A stretch of 64,000 nucleotides of DNA, taken from an uncultured Ignavibacteria bacterium. GTDB lineage: Bacteria; Zixibacteria; MSB-5A5; CAIYYT01. Location: positions 26,413-90,412 of the forward strand of contig CAYJKI010000003.1 of the NCBI GenBank assembly GCA_964370935.1, read 5' to 3'. A program made the position numbers and the translations under genes. This document shows positions 55,660 to 64,000 of this stretch, piece after piece (the stretch's first letter is position 1; every line of letters starts with the position of its first letter). The notes under the pieces are model-generated. The model was not told the DNA's origin, searched no databases, and saw only the letters and a list, made by a program, of their open reading frames with translations.

Positions 55660-58350
55660 ATGCCCGGCAACGACGAAACCGAATTACTTCTCTGGTGCGA
55701 TATCAAGGCGCCGGCAGTGACTGCACGCATTTTGTCACTGGAGTTGTTTGAACTCGGAATTGAAACTCTCCGTCCTATTGACGCTCTTGTCATTCCAGAG
55801 GAGGCGGAGTTTTCGGTCAGCAGCGCCAAGATCGAGAAATTTTTTCTATCTCTGCAGGGATCCAGAGGTCTCAAGTTTCTCAATCGCGATCTGTATTCAC
55901 AATCGCGGGAATGGCAGAAGACAGATGCTTATCTTGGCAAGGCTCCGCTCATTGACCTGGCATTCTTGTTGCGCCTCTTCTTTCCCACATTGACTGCACG
56001 AAGCCTTCAGGAATACGAGCGCGCCTTTGAATTGCCCAAAGGCGTATCGCCCGCCGAAGCGCTGACAAGGCTCTTTGATATACTCAATCAGCGTGTACGG
56101 GAATTGCCGGGCGGTTCAGTGCGCGCACTCAAGACGATATTCCGCGGCCTGACACCGGAGTATGGCGACTGGCTCAATCAATTGCCGCGCATCAAACCCG
56201 ATTCAAGCTATGTCATCAATCCAGAATACTTGAACACACTCGACCGATTTGAGAATCTCACCAGCGGCAGCCGCTTAAGTACCGACGATGTGCTCCAGCT
56301 TTTCTCCGAGTCCGGCAAGATGAGTCAACACATTGACGGCTACGAAATGCGCAAGGGTCAAGCCAAGTATGCGCAAGCAGTGCTCAAAAGCATCCAGCAG
56401 CATGCGACGGTTTTGCTTGAGGCGGCTACCGGCACGGGTAAGTCGCTCGGATATCTTTTGCCCCTTATCGCCTCGTGTGCTGAAAACGAAAATCGCGCCG
56501 TCATCGTCACCCGCACAAAATCATTGCAGGAGCAGCTCTTTCGGTCCGATTTGCGCAAAATCCGTAGTCTGATTCCCGACGGTTTTCGCGTCAGTCTTCT
56601 GAAAGGGCTGGGCAATTATCTATGCCTGCTGAAGTATAAGCTCTTCCTATCGGACTTAAGCGAACACATGGGGCGCATTCCGGCGGAATACATGGCGGCG
56701 TTGGTTGTGTGGGAGCATTCGACCGAATCGGGCGACTTGACGGAAACAGCGATTTTCGATCAACCCGACTCGGAAGATCTATTGCCGAAGATCACTCTCG
56801 AAGAGGGAAGCTGTCTCGGCAAGGATTGTCAGTTCTATAATGATTGTTACGCTTTTCGAGCCCGCAAGAGTGCCGCCCGCTCGAATATTGTTATTACCAA
56901 CTACGCATTGTTGTTTTCCGACCTGGTGTCCGGCGGCGACATCCTTGGCCGGTTTTCACACGCGATCTTCGACGAAGCCCATCGCCTTGAACATGAGGCG
57001 ATCAACTCCTTCTCGGAGGTTTTGCCAATGCAAGCTTTTGCCCGTTCCTTGGAGCGTCTGACCGACGAGAAGACTCTGCTGTTGCTGAACCAGGCACTGG
57101 AGACAGCCGACAGTCCGGAAATGATGGTTGGACTGGAGAATCTGCTGGCGCGGTTGCACTCACGCGTGAGCATCGCCGCTGAATCGGTGAGGCAGATATT
57201 GCGCCGCGGTTCGCGTTCGCAGCAGGATCGCGTGCGATTCAGAAGCAGTGAACCGATTCACGATATTCTTTGCGACCTTTGGGTGACCGAAAGAGACTAT
57301 CTGGCACAGCTGCGTGAGACCCTGTCACAGATCCAGCAGGGATTGACTCCGAAGTCGGAAGAAGACAAAGTCGAGGGACTCACCCAGCTGCGCCGCCAAA
57401 CGACCGCGATGGGGCGCTTTATCAACACACTGGAACACTTGAGTGCCGTAGCCGCGGAGTCGGAGGTGATGTGGGCGCACCTTCTTGATTCCGGCGAGGT
57501 ATGGATAACCGTTGCTCCACTCAATGTTGGTGAATTGCTCGCTCGCCGTTTGTACTCGAAATTCGACTCAATTGTCTTTACATCAGCGACGCTCGATTCC
57601 GAGGACGAATTCGAATGGACATCATCACGCCTGGGATTCAACGCCGATAGCGAACACACGGCTTACAGGGTCAAGATTCGCTCGCCATTTCCATTGGAGG
57701 AGCAACTACGCATCGGCCTGGCCCGCTATCTGCCGGCACCCAATGAACCTGGATATGCCGCCAAACTGTCAAGTCTGATCCTGAAGTTTCGCTCTTCGGC
57801 TCGCTTGCCTACTCTTGTGTTGTGCACTTCTTACCGGATGGTGGAGGATATTGCCAAGCCGCTGCTTGATTCGCAGGGGAAAGCCGGCGAGGTACTCTAT
57901 CAGACTCCCGATAATCTGCCGCAGACATTGCTGAATCGCTTCCGCTTGGCTCGAAACGCAATATTGATCGGAACTGAGTCATTCTGGGAAGGGATTGATC
58001 TTCCGGATGAATTACTGCGACTGTTGTTCATCACGCGGCTGCCATTTGCGGTCCCCGATGATCCGCTGGAGTTGGCGCGCCAAGAGCAAGCCGAGAAGAA
58101 GGGTGAGAACGCCTTTATGACAATTTCATTACCGCAAGCGGTGCTCAAGTATCGCCAGGGTGTGGGTCGTATGATTCGCAGCGCCAGTGACTGGGGGGCA
58201 GTAATCATCACCGATTCTCGCATGGGCCGCAAGAACTATGGGCGGATTCTTTTTGCTGCATCACCGGTGCAAGTCAGTGTCTACGACAACGAGTCGCAGC
58301 TTATCAGCGAAACGGCGCAATGGTTGAAATCGCAAGGAACGACTTTGTAA
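55660..58350 (+). CDS. dinG: DinG/XPD-family ATP-dependent DNA helicase with degenerate N-terminal exonuclease-like domain
   Basis: Walker A EAATGTGKS and DEAH box FDEAHRLE. Four Cys lie between them (NYLC..., EEGSCLGKDCQFYNDC), consistent with the XPD/DinG FeS domain. C-terminal helicase motifs (ILIGTESFWEGIDLP, QGVGRMIRS). About 230 aa precede the helicase core. Confidence 0.85.
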   Translation: MPGNDETELLLWCDIKAPAVTARILSLELFELGIETLRPIDALVIPEEAEFSVSSAKIEKFFLSLQGSRGLKFLNRDLYSQSREWQKTDAYLGKAPLIDLAFLLRLFFPTLTARSLQEYERAFELPKGVSPAEALTRLFDILNQRVRELPGGSVRALKTIFRGLTPEYGDWLNQLPRIKPDSSYVINPEYLNTLDRFENLTSGSRLSTDDVLQLFSESGKMSQHIDGYEMRKGQAKYAQAVLKSIQQHATVLLEAATGTGKSLGYLLPLIASCAENENRAVIVTRTKSLQEQLFRSDLRKIRSLIPDGFRVSLLKGLGNYLCLLKYKLFLSDLSEHMGRIPAEYMAALVVWEHSTESGDLTETAIFDQPDSEDLLPKITLEEGSCLGKDCQFYNDCYAFRARKSAARSNIVITNYALLFSDLVSGGDILGRFSHAIFDEAHRLEHEAINSFSEVLPMQAFARSLERLTDEKTLLLLNQALETADSPEMMVGLENLLARLHSRVSIAAESVRQILRRGSRSQQDRVRFRSSEPIHDILCDLWVTERDYLAQLRETLSQIQQGLTPKSEEDKVEGLTQLRRQTTAMGRFINTLEHLSAVAAESEVMWAHLLDSGEVWITVAPLNVGELLARRLYSKFDSIVFTSATLDSEDEFEWTSSRLGFNADSEHTAYRVKIRSPFPLEEQLRIGLARYLPAPNEPGYAAKLSSLILKFRSSARLPTLVLCTSYRMVEDIAKPLLDSQGKAGEVLYQTPDNLPQTLLNRFRLARNAILIGTESFWEGIDLPDELLRLLFITRLPFAVPDDPLELARQEQAEKKGENAFMTISLPQAVLKYRQGVGRMIRSASDWGAVIITDSRMGRKNYGRILFAASPVQVSVYDNESQLISETAQWLKSQGTTL

Positions 58351-58704
58351 CGGCGAAGCGCACAAACATCGACAGTTTAGGCAATCTGCGCAGGTTTTCG
58401 CGAATGCGGCCTGATCGTATGAAAGCTGTATCTCGTTGTTGTCTAACAACATCTCAAGACTGTCACAAACATGTCAGCGCAGATTCTGCGGTAGCCACGA
58501 CAGACTCCACCGTTGCACAAATGGCTCGCCTATTCTCTTGTTAGCATTCAAGTTACACCGCGAGAAAAAACGACGAACGGCACAGTATTTGGATAGTACG
58601 TAAATAGAGAAATTGTATCTTGCTGACGAATGCGGATTTGGTCGAGAATGATTGGGAAGAATTCGGCTAACCGACTGTATAAACAATGGAATTGAAAGAT
58701 CGAT

Positions 58705-58902
58705 ATGCCGAAGTTTGATCGGATCATCAGTTATGTCTCTGTAACAATCGTCTTGTTCGTCGGGATTGTGGTGATGTCGGGCTTCATAGGCATATTGGAG
58801 CCGGCCTATCGATTTGGTTTTGGATTAATCATTATCGCCTATGCCGGCGTCAGATTGCTGATGATCTTTAACTCGGGTCGCAAGAATCGGGAAAAGCCTT
58901 GA
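58705..58902 (+). CDS. Small two-TM membrane protein (hypothetical)
   Basis: 65 aa with two hydrophobic segments and a basic C-terminus. Sits at the head of the TPR/ExbBD cluster. The evidence is ORF plus hydrophobicity only. Confidence 0.4.
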   Translation: MPKFDRIISYVSVTIVLFVGIVVMSGFIGILEPAYRFGFGLIIIAYAGVRLLMIFNSGRKNREKP

Positions 58903-58971
58903 CGCTCCCGAACACCCAAGCTATATTGGCAGTCTTTAGTTTCGCCGACAACTGATTGGAGTACAAAGAGA

Positions 58972-60774
58972 ATGAAAAAGACCATAACAGCAACGATTTT
59001 CGCCCTGCTGTTGCTCGGCATGTCGGCCAGCGTTTATGCTGATGCCGCCACCGATGCCTCCGAATTGGTGATGCACCGCAAGTTTGACGAAGCCGTCACT
59101 TTCATCAATAACGCGATCGCCAAAGACCCGACTTATGCAGAGTTGTATTACTGGCTCGGGCGCGTCTATGTCGAGAAAGAGGACTGGACGCAAGCAGAAG
59201 CGCAATTCAACAAAGCCCTGGAGTTGAAGAAGAAGCACGACGAGGCCAAAGCTTATCTGGCGTTGGTTTTTATCGAAAGCGAACGTTGGGCTGAAGCCAA
59301 GAAGATCTTGGATGAAGGTGTTGCCAAGAGCAAGACGGCCAAGGGCCGCTTCCTGAATCATCTTGGACATTACCACGTAGCTAAGAAGGAGTTTTCCGAG
59401 GCAGATATCGCTTTGCGCAAAGCGGAACTTGAAGAGCCGGAAAATATCGAATACAAACGCGACCTTGCCGACATGAATTATGAAAACGGCGTCTATGCGG
59501 TAGCAATTTTGGGATACAAGGAAGTTCTCCAGCGCGATTCCAGTGATGTGGTTACCTATTACAAGCTGGCTCGCGCCTACTTCATGCAGAAGCAATTCAA
59601 AGAAGCCATCGACAATTCGGCCAAGGCCATTGGTTTAGATTCGAATTACACGCAAGCGTACTATCTCCAGGGTGATATCTTCATGATTCTCGGATTGTCC
59701 AAGGTCAGCGCTGCCCTCGAGAACGAGGGTGGAAACGGTAACGGATACACGGACATTTTCAAGAATGCAATCTGGGCTTACGAGCGCTATGTCGCAACCG
59801 GCGGCAAGGAGACTCTTGATCTTCTTTACCGTCTTGGTCAGGCTTATTATTACGTCGGTGGTTACGACCTGGCAATCGAGAAACTTTCCCGCGCGATCGA
59901 GATGGGTTCGGACAAGTCGGTAGCCTATGACTTTACGGCTAAGGCGCTGTTTCGATTGAAGCGCTACGATGAAGCAGTGAATGCCTACCGGGCGTATGAG
60001 AACAAGATTTCCCAAGGTGACTCCAATTTTGTCTGGGGACCGGAATACTTCGAATTCTTCCGCGACCGTGGTGTAACGTACTCACAGCTTTTTTATGATT
60101 CCAAGAAAGAAGGCGCTCCCGATACGACATTCCTCGACCAGGCGATCGTGAATCTGAAGAAAGCGGTAGAGCTCAAGCCAGATGAAAAGTCACTGATTTA
60201 TCGTCTCGGGTTTGATCTGTACAACCGAACCAGTTATGCGGAAGCGATTCCGTGGTTTGAGAAGCGCATCGCCATCGATTCAACGCATCTTCAGAGTTAT
60301 CAATACATCGCATTCAGCTATATCAAGATGAACGACTTTACCAGAGCTGTCGAATATCTGGAGTTGATGTACAAGCTGAAACCGGACTCCCCATTTGTTC
60401 TCAAGACCCTCTCGACCACCTATCTTTTCCAGATGAAGAACCGGGATAAGGCGATGGAGTGGTTGCGCAAATGGGCAGACACCGATACCAAGGACTACGA
60501 ACCTTATAAGTGGATAGGATTTATTTTTATCTCCGAAAAGCCGGCCAAGAAGGAACAGGCCATAGAAGCGCTCACCAAATGCTGGCAGCGTATGGAAGCA
60601 AATGGTGTTGACAAATGTAAGGAAATCGACGTGATTATTTGGATGTCGCAAGCTCTTAGTTTTTATGATACTCTTGACAAAGATGAGGAAGCTCTTAAGT
60701 GGGTCAATCGCGGATTGCAGTGTGCGCCGAACAATGAAACACTTAAGAACCTCAAAGAAAACCTGGATATATAG
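58972..60774 (+). CDS. Exported tetratricopeptide-repeat (TPR) protein
   Basis: 600 aa with a signal peptide (IFALLLLGMSASVYA). Many TPR-like units are present (e.g. YYWLGRVYVEKEDWTQAEAQFNKALELKKKHDEA). Confidence 0.8.
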   Translation: MKKTITATIFALLLLGMSASVYADAATDASELVMHRKFDEAVTFINNAIAKDPTYAELYYWLGRVYVEKEDWTQAEAQFNKALELKKKHDEAKAYLALVFIESERWAEAKKILDEGVAKSKTAKGRFLNHLGHYHVAKKEFSEADIALRKAELEEPENIEYKRDLADMNYENGVYAVAILGYKEVLQRDSSDVVTYYKLARAYFMQKQFKEAIDNSAKAIGLDSNYTQAYYLQGDIFMILGLSKVSAALENEGGNGNGYTDIFKNAIWAYERYVATGGKETLDLLYRLGQAYYYVGGYDLAIEKLSRAIEMGSDKSVAYDFTAKALFRLKRYDEAVNAYRAYENKISQGDSNFVWGPEYFEFFRDRGVTYSQLFYDSKKEGAPDTTFLDQAIVNLKKAVELKPDEKSLIYRLGFDLYNRTSYAEAIPWFEKRIAIDSTHLQSYQYIAFSYIKMNDFTRAVEYLELMYKLKPDSPFVLKTLSTTYLFQMKNRDKAMEWLRKWADTDTKDYEPYKWIGFIFISEKPAKKEQAIEALTKCWQRMEANGVDKCKEIDVIIWMSQALSFYDTLDKDEEALKWVNRGLQCAPNNETLKNLKENLDI

Positions 60775-60792
60775 GGTTCGAGGAAGTACCTG

Positions 60793-61488
60793 ATGGCTGA
60801 ACAGAAACAAATTGATCCGGCTGACGATCGGTATCGCTATATCGGTTTCGAAGTTTTCGGGTCAAAAAACGATCCTTTTTGGCGCAACGAAAATGAACGC
60901 AAGAGTTACATTGCCGGTTTGAAGGAGCAGATTGGATCAGTCTACCGCAATTCGGTAGTCTACTCCAATGTCGTCAGCAAAGTCGACCGCATCTTCATCA
61001 TTATCGCCAGCGCTATGATGATAATTGCTCCGTTCTTGACCTGGATGAAAGCGACAACGCTTTACGGACCGGCCGGTTTTAATGGTTTATTCGGCGTCCT
61101 GAATATGGGCGGATTTTGGTTCTATGTCCAGAAGATGGACGGCTGGGTGATTCCGCTGACCGTCTATCTCATGGCTGCCATGGCGGTGATCTCGCTGGTT
61201 CTCGGAGTGTTAGTCCTTTTGACGTTATTCCGCAAGGCGCCATCCGAGGACGTCTATGTCCAGAAGCTCAAGAGCACACTGCGCCTCAATGCTATTCCCT
61301 TTGGCATTTTTCTCTTGATCGTCTTATTGAGCCTCATTGGCCAGCGTATTCCTTTCGGTCAGTATCTCGGCATCAGTGAAATTGACTCCCGTTATTCGGT
61401 CGTCACACTGGTTCAGCTTTCAAGTGCCGGCTTCTGGCTCTCCGTTTTCGGGTTTATCCTGAATTTTAACAAGTCCAAGGAGATTTGA
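60793..61488 (+). CDS. Hypothetical integral membrane protein
   Basis: 231 aa with a soluble N-terminal ~60 aa followed by about 5 TM helices. No recognised motif. Confidence 0.55.
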   Translation: MAEQKQIDPADDRYRYIGFEVFGSKNDPFWRNENERKSYIAGLKEQIGSVYRNSVVYSNVVSKVDRIFIIIASAMMIIAPFLTWMKATTLYGPAGFNGLFGVLNMGGFWFYVQKMDGWVIPLTVYLMAAMAVISLVLGVLVLLTLFRKAPSEDVYVQKLKSTLRLNAIPFGIFLLIVLLSLIGQRIPFGQYLGISEIDSRYSVVTLVQLSSAGFWLSVFGFILNFNKSKEI

Positions 61489-61555
61489 ACGGGAGTTGCC
61501 CGTCAATTCGTAATTAGGTTGCTGTTCATAAATATGTATTTGGAGGATTAATTAG

Positions 61556-62314
61556 GTGAAACAGTCGATTTTTGTCACACTCAATGCGCTTATCGCGTTT
61601 GTAGTCGGCTATATCATTTGGGGCGTTATTCTCAAGTCACAGCCGGTTGGCACGATCGCGCATTCCACTTATCAGGGCGGACCACTGGTGGTAGTTCTTA
61701 TTGCCGTGCTTTTCATGCTTCTGGCTTTCGTAGTCGAGCGCTTCTTGTCCTTGCGCGTAGCGAAGGGCAAATCTTCCGTGCAAGTATTCTTCAAGAACCT
61801 GATTGCCATGCTGCGCAAGGGTGACTATGAAGGCGCTTTGGCGGCCTGCGACAAGCAGCGCGGTACCACGGCCAACGTTCTCCGTGCCGGTATCGACCGC
61901 TTCATGTCGGTCAAGGATGACAACAAGATTGACGCCGAGAAGAAGATTGCTCTCACGCAGTCAGCCATCGAAGAAGCCAACGCTCTCGAGGGACCACTGC
62001 TTGAGCGTAACCTGATCGCCATGTCCACTATCGCTTCCATCGCAACCATGGTCGGACTTCTGGGTACAACCATTGGTATGATTCGCGCATTCGCGGCGAC
62101 CGGCCATGCCTCCGGCGGCGTCATCGACGCAACCTCGCTGGCGACCGGTATTTCCGAAGCATTGGTGAATACCGCAGGCGGTTTGATCTCCGGTATTCTT
62201 GGTATTTTCTTTTATAACTATTTCGTGAACAAGGTTGACTCTTTCAACTACACGACCGACGAAGCAACCTATGAAGTTCTGCAACTGTTTAAGTCGGCGT
62301 CGGAGACCAAGTAA
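61556..62314 (+). CDS. exbB: MotA/TolQ/ExbB-family proton channel
   Basis: GTG start. C-terminal conserved segment (IASIATMVGLLGTTIGMIRAF...LATGISEALVNTAGGLISGILG). Confidence 0.88.
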   Translation: MKQSIFVTLNALIAFVVGYIIWGVILKSQPVGTIAHSTYQGGPLVVVLIAVLFMLLAFVVERFLSLRVAKGKSSVQVFFKNLIAMLRKGDYEGALAACDKQRGTTANVLRAGIDRFMSVKDDNKIDAEKKIALTQSAIEEANALEGPLLERNLIAMSTIASIATMVGLLGTTIGMIRAFAATGHASGGVIDATSLATGISEALVNTAGGLISGILGIFFYNYFVNKVDSFNYTTDEATYEVLQLFKSASETK

Positions 62315-62317
62315 ACA

Positions 62318-62791
62318 ATGGCTATCAAGAAGAAACGGCGGGTTTCGATCCGCATCGACATGACCCCGATGGTCGACATCGCGTTTCTGCTGCTGATTTT
62401 CTACATGGCGACCACGCAGTTCAAACCACCGGAGCAGAAAGCCGTGTCGTTGCCGTCGTCGCACTCGCAGATTCAACTGCCGTCCAAAGACAAGATTGTC
62501 GTGACGGTGACGCCGGATGATTCGATCTTCGTCGACTACGTCGAGAAGGTCGACAAGGAAATTGAAGGCCGAATGGTCGCTACGCTGGAACGTGTTTATA
62601 TGGAGGCTACACCGTACACGGTGGGCAAAGTGATTAACACGATTCGAGCGCGCAACCTAAACGCCCTCGTGATTATCAAGGCAGACAAAGATGTCAAATT
62701 CGGCACCATGCAGAAAGTAATGGATACCATGGTGGAAGAGAACTTATCGCGATTCCAGATCATTACCGAGCTGGAAGCGGAAGTCATTTAA
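62318..62791 (+). CDS. exbD: Biopolymer transport protein ExbD/TolR
   Basis: 157 aa. IDMTPMVDIAFLLLIFYM TM motif plus a periplasmic domain. Confidence 0.88.
   Translation: MAIKKKRRVSIRIDMTPMVDIAFLLLIFYMATTQFKPPEQKAVSLPSSHSQIQLPSKDKIVVTVTPDDSIFVDYVEKVDKEIEGRMVATLERVYMEATPYTVGKVINTIRARNLNALVIIKADKDVKFGTMQKVMDTMVEENLSRFQIITELEAEVI
62354..62397 (+). repeat. 44-nt segment identical to 62890-62933 (exbD paralogue TM region)
   Basis: atcgacatgaccccgatggtcgacatcgcgtttctgctgctgat occurs verbatim in both exbD genes. Confidence 0.9.
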
Positions 62792-62805
62792 GGAGGTGAC
62801 GTTCT

Positions 62806-63435
62806 GTGGCTGGTGATGTAATACAAAAAGAGTCTGGCGGAGGAAAACACAAAGGACTACGCCGACCCAAGCGTCGTCTCGGTATTCGTATCGACATGAC
62901 CCCGATGGTCGACATCGCGTTTCTGCTGCTGATCTTTTATATGGTCACGACCGTTTTCGCAATGCCGCAGGCGATGGAGATTAACCTTCCTCCCAAGGCA
63001 GAAGAAGAAGCGGCGGAAGACCGCATTAAGGTCAAAGAAAGTAACCTATTGCGCATTTACGTCGACAAATACGACGATTACTATTACAAGATCGGCGCCG
63101 AACGCGTCACGGGACAAGATATCAAGACTCCTTGGCCGATTCCTGCCGATTCAGTGCGCGAGTTGTTCATTCGATACAATTGGGAACGCCCGAAATTGAA
63201 TACTCTGCTGTTGATTCATCCCGAAGCTAAGTATTCGCGGATGGTTGACCTGCTTGATGAGGTCGAAGTTGCCGAAGCGCTCCTACGGCGCAACGAGGAG
63301 TTCATGACGGCGTACAAGGCTGCCAATCCCGAAGAAGAACGTTTCAGTTTCCGGTATTCGATCGATCACTGGTCAGACCGCGACACTAAGGTCTTCGAAG
63401 AACGCGTTTACAGTCAGACAGGAGGAGGTAGGTAA
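62806..63435 (+). CDS. ExbD/TolR-family protein, long paralogue
   Basis: GTG start. The same IDMTPMVDIAFLLLIFYM motif is present, but the periplasmic part is longer (209 aa) and unrelated-looking. Confidence 0.8.
   Translation: MAGDVIQKESGGGKHKGLRRPKRRLGIRIDMTPMVDIAFLLLIFYMVTTVFAMPQAMEINLPPKAEEEAAEDRIKVKESNLLRIYVDKYDDYYYKIGAERVTGQDIKTPWPIPADSVRELFIRYNWERPKLNTLLLIHPEAKYSRMVDLLDEVEVAEALLRRNEEFMTAYKAANPEEERFSFRYSIDHWSDRDTKVFEERVYSQTGGGR
62890..62933 (+). repeat. Second copy of the 44-nt identical exbD segment
   Basis: Same 44-mer as 62354-62397. The flanking sequence diverges immediately. Confidence 0.9.
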
Positions 63436-63437
63436 CT

Positions 63438-64000
63438 ATGTCAGCCAATGTCTATGTAAGCAAGTGGTCCGGAATCGGTGCGATTGAACTCAAGCGCACC
63501 TACCAGAAGAACATGCGCAATGCTATGTTCCTGGTGTTCGCGGCCTTTTTCTCGGTTTTTGCAATTATCGCGCTGGTGCGTATGTTGATGTCGAGCGATG
63601 CTCAAGAGGCGCAGTCAATCATCATTCGCGACTTGTCCGAACTCGGTCCGCCGCCGTCAGTGGCTTCGCGCCAGGTGCAGGTCAAGGTCTCGCAAGAAAT
63701 TGCGGCACCGAAATTTACATTGCCGGAAGCCGTACCTGACGAAGAAGTGACCGAAGACTTCGTTATCGTCTCACAGGAAGAGCTGGCGGAGATCAGTTCG
63801 CCGGTACTTACCGAAGGCGATGGTGCGGGAAACGTCCAATTCGATATTCCCATCGAAGAGTATATTCCGACACCTGATGAATTCGTGGCCGTCGAAGAGC
63901 GTCCCGTAAAGATTCAGGATGCACCGCTCAAGTACCCCGAAATCGCCCGTAAAGCCGGCATTGAGGGAAGTGTCTGGGTGAAAGTGCTCGTTGATCGCAG
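63438..64000 (+). CDS. tonB: TonB-family energy transducer (partial, runs off the window edge)
   Basis: Not in the ORF track because there is no stop. My translation from ATG 63438 reads MSANVYVSKWSGIGAIELKRTYQKNMRNAMFLVFAAFFSVFAIIALV... (TM), ending ...KYPEIARKAGIEGSVWVKVLVDR (start of TonB_C). Confidence 0.8.
   Translation, partial: MSANVYVSKWSGIGAIELKRTYQKNMRNAMFLVFAAFFSVFAIIALVRMLMSSDAQEAQSIIIRDLSELGPPPSVASRQVQVKVSQEIAAPKFTLPEAVPDEEVTEDFVIVSQEELAEISSPVLTEGDGAGNVQFDIPIEEYIPTPDEFVAVEERPVKIQDAPLKYPEIARKAGIEGSVWVKVLVDR

Noticed and set aside
58320-58704. 74-aa ORF (58320-58544) and the 350-bp spacer after dinG, considered as a possible small gene or sRNA
   Set aside because: The ORF overlaps the dinG 3' end, has no RBS and is Ser/Arg/Thr-rich. 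The spacer has only a 6-bp hairpin (gttgtt-gtct-aacaac). The evidence is insufficient.

Overview
The window is a gene-dense chromosomal segment of about 62 CDS, roughly 50% GC by eye. I found no rRNA, tRNA, CRISPR array, transposase or integrase. Two secreted proteins end in NYPNPFNPTTTI...-type T9SS sorting domains, which suggests an uncultivated FCB-superphylum-like bacterium (low confidence). Most of the content is housekeeping. This includes a complete tol-pal cluster on the minus strand (tolQ-tolR-tolA/tonB-like-tolB-pal-cpoB), secDF, pepF, glnS, lgt, pyrE and a tgt-yajC-def-fmt-rng block. At the right edge there is a second PMF-transducer cluster (TPR protein, membrane protein, exbB-exbD-exbD-tonB). 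The best candidate for an undescribed system is a nine-gene, translationally coupled operon at 44846-51764. It encodes an uncharacterised P-loop NTPase, a four-subunit 2-oxoacid:ferredoxin oxidoreductase in oorDABC order, and NuoE-like and NuoF/HydB-like subunits. It also encodes a NuoG/HydA N-terminal-only FeS protein and a CooF-like polyferredoxin, with no hydrogenase or formate-dehydrogenase catalytic subunit. This suggests a 2-oxoacid:NAD(P)(H)/ferredoxin, possibly bifurcating, complex. Other items worth a look are:
- a CotH kinase-LTD-dockerin exoprotein;
- a glycine-rich RRM protein with a long 5' leader;
- a membrane-anchored CxxC...CxxC zinc-ribbon protein;
- a short citryl-CoA-lyase-like citrate synthase homologue coupled to a lipoprotein gene;
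- a secreted tandem TonB_C protein;
- a DinG helicase with an apparently inactivated exonuclease domain;
- a 44-nt perfect identity between two otherwise divergent exbD paralogues.
All calls rest on reading the supplied translations and sequence by eye. No database search was run.
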